Shown piece by piece: positions 53,411-64,000 of a DNA stretch of 64,000 nt (positions within the stretch are counted from its first letter, which is position 1; each line of letters opens with the position of its first letter). The notes beneath the pieces were generated by a model. That model searched no databases and had not been told where the DNA came from. It worked only from the letters and a program-made list of their open reading frames with translations. The stretch is taken from positions 56,978,001 to 57,042,000 of the forward strand of contig OZ249436.1 in assembly GCA_965235115.1 (NCBI GenBank), read 5' to 3'. Source of the DNA: Laetmonice hystrix (taxonomy: Eukaryota). A program made the position numbers and the translations under genes.

Positions 53411-53994
53411 TACATCCCTCATGGTAATAAATGTACCCGGTACATGCAGGTTATACAAGGTAAAGGAGAAGTAGAGTTCCCTGTGTTATAGAACATCCAC
53501 CTACGGTAAACCTGTCCAATGTCTACCAGTGATCAGTCTGAATCATACAATCAGTGTACATCCCTCATGGTAATAAATGTACCCGGTACATGCAGGTTAT
53601 ACAAGGTAAAGGAGAAATACAGTTCCCTGTGTTATAGAACATCCACCTACGGTAAACCTGTCCAATGTCTACCAGTGATCAGTCTGAATCACACAATCAG
53701 TGTACATCCCTCATGGTAATAAACGTACCCGGTACATGCAGGTTATACAAGGTAAAGGAGAAGTAGAGTTCCCTGTGTTATAGAACATCCACCTACGGTA
53801 AACCTGTCCAATGTCTACCAGTGATCAGTCTGAATCATACAATCAGTGTACATCCCTCATGGTAATAAACGTACCCGGTACATGCAGGTTATACAAGGTA
53901 AAGGAGAAGTAGAGTTCCCTGTGTTATAGAACATCCACCTACGGTAAACCTGTCCAATGTCTACCAGTGATCAGTCTGAATCATACAATCAGTG
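53411..53994. repeat. 146-bp tandem repeat, 4 near-identical copies, downstream of the BicC stop
   Basis: tacatccctcatggtaataaa at 53411, 53557, 53703 and 53849; 584 bp = 4 x 146. Confidence 0.97.
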
Positions 53995-56900
53995 GACAGT
54001 CCAGAAAAAGAATCACCCATGACTTACATACTGTGTCTGGAAACTTTACAGTCATGATCTGTAGGATTGAATGATTATAATGGTTCAGCAAATACCTTTG
54101 TCTTGGCTACAACAATGTTGTCAGACCACTCGTTGCAGAAGTTATTTTGTCAGTCATTTGCATTCCTAAGTTTTTAAGGACATTAGTTTAACCTGTTTGC
54201 AGCGTTCACCCCATCTGGTAATGGTGTCAGATCAGAGTGTAGCGAATATGGGGACCACTCCAATGCTTTCATATTGTGCAGGCACATATAATAAAGTCCC
54301 CAGGGTTTTCGTTGATTTGGACTGTTAACTGTTATGTAGCACCTGAATTATTATTATGTGATAACAGTAGAAACCTTTGTATTTCTGTGATTTTGTACAA
54401 GTGTTATAGAGAGTATCCTCCCGTGTGAAATACAAAGTGAAAACAAAGGGCAGAAGATTTGTGACTGTTTACATACTGCGTGAAGCAGCCGGTTTATCAT
54501 CTAGAGAAAAACAACATACAGGCGACAGGTGATCTTGTACGTTAGGACTCTGTTTTGTATGGAGTTGAATTTCACAAACTTCACACAGGATAATTAATGA
54601 ACTGGGAGTCATAGACACGGTACTTGAACAAAGCACTTGCCTTAAATTTTTAATGGTGTACATGTGTTCATGTACATGTTAGCTGACTCGCCATATCACT
54701 ATTGTGGGTTTCCGTAACGAACGTCTTTTGCAACATTGTTACCTTAAGTAATTTTAGAAATAGCTGAACTTTTGGACAAGCAAAATGCGTGAGGGATGGG
54801 CCAGCACCTCCCAGAGTAATCATTGTTTGTATCTTGTTTGTGCCTTAAATGGACTTCTGTACAGAAAGTCAGTATTCCGTGCCATATATTCTGTGTATTA
54901 GCCTTACTGAAAGTATCGATCATCCAAAACATGCAAAAAAAAAAGATGTCTTCATGACTTGATTATGTCTGGTGACGTCGAATATGGATAAAAGGGAGAA
55001 AAACGCAGTAGCATAATTACCGGTGGTACCCCAGGTATATACTGTACAGGTTTTGGTCAGCTGAACCCAAAGTAAATAATAAAGAGGAAGAAAACAATTG
55101 AAGAAAACTTGTTGGTCGGGTATATAATGATCATATATCAGGTTGAAGTATTTGCCTGCTTTGGTTCCTTAATGGTTTCCACTAGCGATGAATAAATATC
55201 ACCAGAGAGTGTAATATATTCTCTGATACCACCGCCACCATGTCTTGCTTAAGTAGGTAATGTAGGGCCAAGGTGTTGAGAAAGAAAATGTAACTGCGCC
55301 ACTGTGCATGAAAACACTATGATGTATATAAATATGAAACGAAAAGAAAACCATCATAGGCAGATTTGTATACTGATACTGTTAATATATAAACCAAAGT
55401 TTTCTGATGATGTCATGACCAAACAGGGTATGCTTCTATTGTGTCATTACTTGATGGGGCTTGAGCATCACAGACTTGAAGGCGCCCTGAATGGATTGCA
55501 TTTCTCTCCAGGATCGTTCACAATCCATCACCAATTATTTACAGGAATATAAAAATACTCCACTTTAAAATTATAGGAGAACTACCGGAAAAGACGACTC
55601 CGACCAACAAGCAGTACGTGGGTCAGTAAAATGTGAAAGCGATCAGTGAGGTACATTGTAATAGAAAATGTAGCAATCAAAAAGAGAGAATATGATGCTG
55701 AGTGAATCACTATGACAAGGGCTAATCATGGTGTGTCAGGATATCTCCGTTGATGAATCAATTATGGCCTGCTTTTTTATATTGTCACTGCAAAGTAACC
55801 TAGCACCTGTACTTGTTGGGTGATATTGTGGAGTATTTTGGTGCTGTAGTCAAGTCATTTTATAAGGATACTGTGCGTGATATGTAGTGACTGTATCGTG
55901 ACGCATCTCCTGATAGGGAGTGTGAAGGACGGTAGCTTTTGTTCGTTAGCATTACCGGGTTCCAGAACAATATTCCGCTAAGTGGGGTTTTTTAAAATAA
56001 GATATTCCGCCACAGTCCTTTTCGTAAAGAGAAACTGCAGCTTTAAATTGAAGATGGAAATTTGGAAGATCATGAGACTTGTTATGTAATGTCAGAAGTC
56101 GGGTCATTTTGTTGTGTTTCATTCTGAATGAGACAGTCTTCTGAATGTCAACATACCGGTAATCGCAGTTAGAATTGACGTTTTTCTTCAAAGTAGAATC
56201 ATTGATCTACTACGTGGGGCAAACAGGCATGCAGTGCCCGCCGGGGTATGTAGCTGGGTTCAGTGATGAGTGTGTGATTGCGGCCATGGATGTGCTTACC
56301 TATTTAATATCCCGGTCCTGTTTATTCTTGGGTCTTGAGTGTTATAATTGTTACCGACCTCACTGCGAGTTATCTTCATCTTTTGTACACAAGTGGATAA
56401 CGATATATTTCTTGATTCAGTGACTCGGAATGTATCGACGTGATAAGAGTTTGGTCATATGACAGGGGAGTTGTTGAAATCGAAGTTTTGGGATGTGGTT
56501 ATCAATGTTTTCAGTTAATTAAACCCTTCCAGCACGGTATGGTAACACCCAATGCCCCTCCCTCAGCACAAACCCGCACAGTGTGTGGATTTAAAAGATT
56601 ACAAATGGATTGTTGAATGTGGAACTCAGTTAGTTTATTCAAAATGTACATACGGTACCGTAATGGTATTTGTGTATACAGGTATAGTTAGGTCGAAACA
56701 GAGTGAAACGTTTTGAAATTCTCCTATTTTTGCTACATGGCAATATTACATAGGTGTGGTCACCTACACAAGTCACATTTATTCTATATTGGTCAAAATC
56801 TGGTACAGTGTATCAATTTGTGATTGATATTGCCTCAACTACATAATCTTTCAGTGCATTTCAACTTGTTCATGGGCTTCTTGACACCAGGCCAGATAAC

Positions 56901-58878
56901 TTTAGAATTTTGTACATAAAAGTTTTTAAAAAGCCGTCTGGGAATATGTGCATTTAAATGTAGAGTAAACGCTTCAACAAATCTGACGTGCTCCTATTTA
57001 GCAGTACTACGTTGAGTGCAATTATTATCATTGTCAGTGTGAGTATTGCGGGTATATACATAATATTGGCCCTCAGATGTGCTTGTTTGGCCTTCGTCAT
57101 GAGATGTACCGGTATTCTACAATGGTAGGTCCGTGGATAGCGCTCCAGAAACGCATCATTCCACAATACCAGTAGTAGGTACACGTACTGTCAATGAATG
57201 GGTTATATAATGTATATTTGTCCTCCCACGTAGAGTAATCAAGCTGTCCCAAAGGAACATTAGTGTCGCGTGGGGAAACGATACACTGCGTTCGTATGAT
57301 GTATTTCCAACAGGTGATGGTTTGGAGAAGGGTACGCTATGCTCTGGCATGTTGCGCCCGATTCTGGTTTATGCTCAGTTTTGTTTCTTTATTTGTTAAC
57401 TTTTACATGTTATTTTTGACAATGTCTGAAATTCCAGTAATTGGATTTTGCTTTGGACGCTGAGTGGGCAGTACGAATCACAAATCGTCGCAGTTTTGGG
57501 AGTGAAAATAAAAGATTTGTTCACAGCATTTGTTTGACACCAGAGATGTATGAAATTTTCGCTCTGAAAGCAGACTCGCAGTGTTATATTAGGCTGTATA
57601 TAAACAGCTCTTCCCGGTGACATACCTAATTCTTGTAGTGAAGGTTTCAAGTGAAAGTTTTAAGACACCGATAAAAAAGGAAAGAGTTGCAGTCCCATTT
57701 GAAGGATCGGCGGTGCCCCCCCCCCCCCCCCCATTGTGTTGTTATAAGTCTGAAAGGTACAGACTACAAGCTTCCGTTTAAAGAATGTATGAGGGTCGAC
57801 AGTGGTTGGCATGCCAGGGAAAGAATTCACAGATCTATACCGTTAAACTTTAGAGGCTAGCCTGTATGAGATCTTGATTACTTGATTGCTGTATATTCAC
57901 GGAATCTGACTTTGTGGGAAACGGACATAAGAGTTGTTGTTACCCGGGTCTACGATGCCGATGTAGCTCAATGTTCAAAGAGGCCTTGGTTATCACATGA
58001 ATGCTCATGGCGAAGAGAATATTTTATGAAACATAAGCATCCTGCCTTATGTTGGCAAACACTAGATGTGTGGATATTTTGTTCAGAAATAAAGGATAAA
58101 CCAAATGGATATTTTTGACATAATGATCTCCTTCCAATGGCAAACTCGTATCATAGAAAAATTGCATGTCCAACTGGAGGGGGCACGTGCCCCCTGTGCC
58201 CCCTCCCCAATCCCTGCCTGCCCCAGATACAAAATTTGTCACTGTCCCATTCAGTCCCTGTGCCTTGGTCTACAATCAGAATTTTACTGACTTAGTAGCC
58301 CATATAAATTGCTTACTTATGAACTGCCAGTCAGCCAGTAGACCCAGTTTTATCCATGCATTTTCACGAAGTGCCCCCACGCTAAAAAATGTAGTAACAC
58401 GCCATTGATAAATATTCAGATATTTTCTAAACTCTTTCTTTTATTTTTGTCAATTAAATAAATCGATATTTATATAAAAAAAAATACTGTAATTATGAAC
58501 GCCACCATTCCCAATGCCCTATTTGAGTATTAATTGTGCCCTAAATTAATGAAAAATGACCTGCTGAGGAAATTCCCTATGCCCAACTCCACGGCCACTC
58601 CGACCATGGCTTTTTCAGTCATTTGGTCACGAATTCCTAGGCCGTTTAATCCGTATTAAATTAGTGAACTTACTGAACTAGGGGGTCCGCAAGAAGGATT
58701 GGAGCGACAAACATGCATGCATACAAACTCGCAATTTTCTTTTCGAAAGTAGAACAATTAGGCCCAAGGTAGAGAAGATCTAAGGCGCGTGTCCATGCAG
58801 CGGGTTGGAGATCGAAAAGTGGGGGCGGGGGGGGGGGCATGCGCCCCCATGAATAGGCCTAATAATCAAAAGAAGAAG

Positions 58879-58943
58879 AATAGTGTAGACGAAACCCAGT
58901 AATTTCAAAATCCCATTTCCCCTTGGGGGCCTATGGGATAATA
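58879..58943 (-). mobile_element. Terminal fragment of a second HINE-like element related to 13374-14872
   Basis: aatagtgtagacgaaacc...aaaatcccatttcccc...gggataata matches the 14812-14875 end. The other end was not identified. Confidence 0.5.
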
Positions 58944-58954
58944 TTGAGTTAGTC

Positions 58955-59645
58955 GAGTAACCATGAGTGGGCCGGTTGTTGGTATCAAATATTTTGAAAG
59001 GCTGTGGTTTCCTTAACACTATCCCATCAATCTGCACATCATCTTGTAGGAAATCTTGCTCTCTCAAAAATCAAGAGCGCAAGACCTCAAAAAGACTCAA
59101 AAATAATGTGTGAGGAATCGAAAAGTTGTAGGAGCCAAAATCACCATGAAGTGGGGTCACCATGAGTGGGCCGGGGGGTCACCATGAGTGGACCGGGGTA
59201 TTAATATTATTATTATTAGGCCTATTATTATTATTAGGCCTATTTTTATTATATCTACATTATATTATTATTATAAATCCCAGTAAGCTACTTATGCCTA
59301 TAGATCTACACGTGGCAGCACTGCCTACACTGATCATCCGCACACCGAGCTTCCCTTTAGACTTGAGCCCTACTTTTTGTTTTACCTTTTATTGCTTTTC
59401 TTTCTTTGCCATTGGGCCTGCTATAGCCACCCAGACACATCTCCCGTTTCAGCCTCCTTTCTTCCTTCACTGCCACCAAAAATGCTTTCTGTTTGCTTTC
59501 CTCAACTCTAATGCTCAAATAAAGTATTTGGTTCAATTTTTGTTCGGTAACTTATCTTAAAATATTAGCTATGGGGGCCTTTGGGTGGGTGTTAACCGGG
59601 TGGCCCACTCATGGTGACGGCGGTGGCCCACTCAAGGTAACCCTG
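58955..59645. mobile_element. Probable MITE with subterminal CCATGAGTGGGCC repeats
   Basis: Motif forward at 58961, 59160 and 59182, inverted at 59602 and 59625. Exact termini not resolved. Confidence 0.45.
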
Positions 59646-60577
59646 ACATTATTTACTGAGGACTAGCTACCAATTTAACGTCACATGGGTGGGGAATGCA
59701 AGTTACCCCCCCCCCCCCCTCCCTCCTCATCCCCATCCCAATATACCAGGCGTCACAGGGGTGAGGAATGTAGGTATAGCTCCCCCGCCCCTTCCGCACC
59801 CCCCAGATAGGCCTACTTTGCCTTCTATTAGGCTATGAATTAGGCCTACTAGGCCTAGGCCTATTTATAGTTTACCCACCCTAATTTTCAGAGCTTGACC
59901 AAGGCGTTGCCGGGGTTGGGGGTGGGGGCGCTGCCTAGGCAATTGGGCTGAGGTCTAAATTCTGTAGTGGTGATATCGGGAAGGGGGGGGGGGGGTTATG
60001 TTGCTGTTAGGCTGATCAAGGAGGTCCTTAATTTTGGGTCTGATGTTACTACATGTATTTAAAGAATTTTGTTGGAATCCTGGTTTCAGGGGCATCGTCA
60101 TCCCACAGAAGGAAAATTTAATTAGGCCTATCGTCAGATGGCGACAGGGTTTGTGTAGTTAGTTCCTCTGATTATCATCAGATGGCGAAGCGACCGGAAG
60201 TTGGGCCGAGGTTTTCCGAAAGCCGCGGGCACCTGCTGTGGCACTTCGCGGAGAGATAGGATTCTGCAGTGCTAAGCCAAAAATTTACATCTTAATCGCG
60301 GGGTAGGGGGTGCGGGTATAAGTAGTGCAAATAAAAGGAATAGCCGCGGGGCATCTACTGTTAAAATTTGGAGAAGATACGCAAATGGGAAGTAAACATT
60401 TCACAACCTTTTATGTGTAGCGAATGTAGGCCTACTTACGTGACGGAAATGATTTACAGTTATTTTGAATACTTTCAAGAAACACACGACGTTTATGAAA
60501 TGCCAAGAAATGGAAGTAGTCATATTACATGGTTTTGATACAGAAATACTTCGATGCCCATTAAACAGTGAAGACCG

Positions 60578-63500
60578 AGTGCTCTCTTTTCTATTAGTGA
60601 ACGTACGAGACGATACATGTAGGGAGCTCTACCTCTATTGTTTGCTCTAGCCTAAGGGCAGTCAATATATATAGGGCGTCCTCACTCTAGTGTTTGCTTC
60701 AGCCAATACATGTAGAGAGCTCCCACTGTAGTGTTTGCTCGAGTATCAGGCCAGTCAATATATGTAGGGAACCCTCACGGTAGTGTTTCCTCCAACCGAA
60801 GGGCAGTCAATACATGTAGGGAGCCCTCACTGTGGTGTTTGCTCCAGTCTAAAGCCATCCAATACATGTAGAGAGCCGTCACTGTAGTGTTTGCTCGAGT
60901 ATAAGGCCAGTCAGTCCATGTGGGCAGCCCTCACTGTAGTGTTTGTTCAAGTCTAAGTTCAGTCAATACATGTTGAGAGCCCTCACTGTAGTGTTTGCTG
61001 AGTGCTCTCTTTTCTATGAGCAAACCTGCTGTTTGCTCAAGTATAAGGCTAGACAGTACATGTAGGGAGTCCTCAATGTAGTGTTTGCTTCAGTCTAAGC
61101 TCAGTCAATACATGTAGAGTGCCCTCACTGTAGTGTTTGCTCGTGTATCAGACCAGTCAATCCATGTAGGGAGCCCCCACTGTAGTGTTCGCTCCAGTGT
61201 GATGCTAGCCAATACATGTACGTGGCCCTCACTGTAGTGTTTGCTCCAGTCTAAGGCCAACCAATACATGTGGGTAGGCCTCACTGTAGTGTTTGCTCGA
61301 GCATAAGGCCAGTAAGTCCATGTGGGCAGCCCTCACTGTAGTGTTTGTTCAAGTCTAAGTTCAGTCAATACATGTTGAGAGCCCTCACTGTAGTGTTTGC
61401 TGAGTGCTCTCTTTTCTATGAGCGAACGTACGAGACCAATACTATGTAAACATTCCAGTAGCGAATTACAATACCAGATATGCGTAAACATTGCAATAAT
61501 GACCTAATATTATGTAAAACAAATGTATTTAGCGTTTTAAATCATACAATATCAGAAGCAGCACCTCCGACTGCACTGCCATCTTCCGGCTTCCAATGGA
61601 ATCACCAGGGCGCGTATACCTGACCGGGCCGCTGGCCACTGCCACCTTCCGGCTTCCAAAGGAATCACCACGTATACCGGGCCGCGGGCTGCCGCGGGCA
61701 CCTGCTGTTTGCTCAAGTATAAGGCTAGACAGTACATGTAGGGAGTCTTCACTGTAGTGTTTGCTTCAGTCTAAGCTCAGTCAATACATGTAGAATGCCT
61801 TCACTGTAGTGTTTGCTCGTGTATCAGGCCAGTCAATCCATGTAGGGAGCCCTCACTGTAGTGTTCGCTCCAGTGTGATGCCAGCCAATACATGTTCGTC
61901 GCCCTCACTGCAGTGTTTGCTCCAGTCTAAGGCCAACCAATACATGGGGGTAGGCCTCACTGTAGTGTTTGCTCGAGTATAAGGCCAGTCAGTCCATGTG
62001 GGCAGCCCTCACTGTAGTGTTTGTTCAATCCTAAGTTCAGTCAATACATGTTGAGAGCCCTCACTGTAGTGTTTGCTGAGTGCTCTCTTTTCTATGAGCG
62101 AACGTACGCGACCAATACTATGTAAACATTCCAGTAGCGAATTACAATACCAGATATGCGTAAACATTGCAATAATGACCTAATATTATGTAAAACAAAT
62201 GTATTTAGCGTTTTAAATCATACAATATCAGAAACCGCACCTCCGACTGCACTGCCATCTTCCGGCTTCCAATGGAATCACCAGGGCGCGTATACCTGAC
62301 CGGGCCGCTGGCCACTGCCACCTTCCGGCTTCCAAAGGAATCACCACGTATACCGGGCCGGGCTGCCGCGGGCACCTGCTGTTTGCTCAAGTATAAGGCT
62401 AGACAGTACATGTAGGGAGTCCTCAATGTAGTGTTTGCTTCAGTCTAAGCTCAGTCAATACATGTAGAGTGCCCTCACTGTAGTGTTTGCTCGTGTATCA
62501 GACCAGTCAATCCATGTAGGGAGCCCTCACTGTAGTGTTCGCTCCAGTGTGATGCCAGCCAATACATGTACGTGGCCCTCACTGTAGTGTTTGCTCCAGT
62601 CTAAGGCCAACCAATACATGTGGGTAGGCCTCACTGTAGTGTTTGCTCGAGCATAAGGCCAGTAAGTCCATGTGGGCAGCCCTCACTGTAGTGTTTGTTC
62701 AATCCTAAGTTCAGTCAATACATGTTGAGAGCCCTCACTGTAGTGTTTGCTGAGTGCTCTCTTTTCTATGAGCGAACGTACGAGACCAATACTATGTAAA
62801 CATTCCAGTAGCGAATTACAATACCAGATATGCGTAAACATTGCAATAATGACCTAATATTATGTAAAACAAATGTATTTAGCGTTTTAAATCATACAAT
62901 ATCAGAAACAGCACCTCTGACTGCACTGCCATCTTTCGGCTTCCAATGGAATCACCAGGGCGCGTATACCTGACCGGGCCGCTGGCCACTGCCACCTTCC
63001 GGCTTCCAAAGGAATCACCACGTATACCGGGCCGCGGGCTGCCGCGGGCACCTGCTGTTTGCTCAAGTATAAGGCTAGACAGTACATGTAGGGAGTCTTC
63101 ACTGTAGTGTTTGCTTCAGTCTAAGCTCAGTCAATACATGTAGAATGCCTTCACTGTAGTGTTTGCTCGTGTATCAGGCCAGTCAATCCATGTAGGGAGC
63201 CCTCACTGTAGTGTTCGCTCCAGTGTGATGCCAGCCAATACATGTTCGTCGCCCTCACTGCAGTGTTTGCTCCAGTCTAAGGCCAACCAATACATGGGGG
63301 TAGGCCTCACTGTAGTGTTTGCTCGAGTATAAGGCCAGTCAGTCCATGTGGGCAGCCCTCACTGTAGTGTTTGTTCAATCCTAAGTTCAGTCAATACATG
63401 TTGAGAGCCCTCACTGTAGTGTTTGCTGAGTGCTTTCTTTTCTATGAGCGAACGTACGAGACCAATACTATGTAAACATTCCAGTAGCGAATTACAATAC

Positions 63501-64000
63501 CAGATATGCGTAAACATTGCAATAATGACCTAATATTATGTAAAACAAATGTATTTAGCGTTTTAAATCATACAATATCAGAAACAGCACCTCCGACTGC
63601 ACTGCCATCTTCCGGCTTCCAATGGAATCACCAGGGCGCGTATACCTGACCGGGCCGCTGGCCACTGCCACCTTCCGGCTTCCAAAGGAATCACCACGTA
63701 TACCGGGCCGCGGGCTGCCGCGGGCACCTGCTGTTTGCTCAAGTATAAGGCTAGACAGTACATGTAGGGAGTCTTCACTGTAGTGTTTGCTTCAGTCTAA
63801 GCTCAGTCAATACATGTAGAATGCCTTCACTGTAGTGTTTGCTCGTGTATCAGGCCAGTCAATCCATGTAGGGAGCCCTCACTGTAGTGTTCGCTCCAGT
63901 GTGATGCCAGCCAATACATGTACGTGGCCCTCACTGCAGTGTTTGCTCCAGTCTAAGGCCAACCAATACATGGGGGTAGGCCTCACTGTAGTGTTTGCTC
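60578..64000. repeat. Hierarchical satellite: 52-bp subunits within ~676-bp higher-order units; continues past the window end
   Basis: cactgtagtg at exact 52-bp spacing (61750, 61802, 61854, 61906, 61958, 62010, 62062). HOR junction gggcacctgctg at 61696, 62370, 63046 and 63722. Confidence 0.97.

Noticed and set aside
61020-64000. 676-bp repeat as a 5S, snRNA, SL RNA or histone gene array
   Set aside because: No 5S, U-snRNA, Sm-site or histone sequence recognised. The repeated 66-73 aa ORFs have no recognisable domain and are disrupted between units.

Overview
Eukaryotic (animal, probably an invertebrate bilaterian; species cannot be determined from the sequence) genomic DNA. Most of the window is one + strand multi-exon gene, Bicaudal C (BICC1/BicC; KH + SAM RNA-binding translational repressor). 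I traced 20 coding exons from 171 to the TAG at 52002-52004, all with GT-AG boundaries and matching phases (3677 coding nt, about 1225 aa). The first exon lies upstream of the window. The protein has the conserved KH region, SAM domain and SGRW C-terminus, plus an unusual 1159-bp low-complexity exon with 13 x GSSYNSGPS and a 4-5 x PPPGL motif. The most striking observation is that three unrelated minisatellites are each an amplification of a gene-expression signal of this gene: a 39-bp array of a 3' splice acceptor, a 34-bp array of a 5' splice donor, and a 27/15-bp array of the stop codon. Every decoy splice site would lead to a premature stop. Introns hold a nested foldback/Helentron-like composite carrying tRNA-derived cassettes, MITEs, and SINE and LINE remnants. 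The window ends in a hierarchical 52 bp / 676 bp / ~1350 bp satellite. Nearly all other ORFs in the track appear spurious or are repeat artefacts. Family assignments come from motif recognition only; no searches were run.
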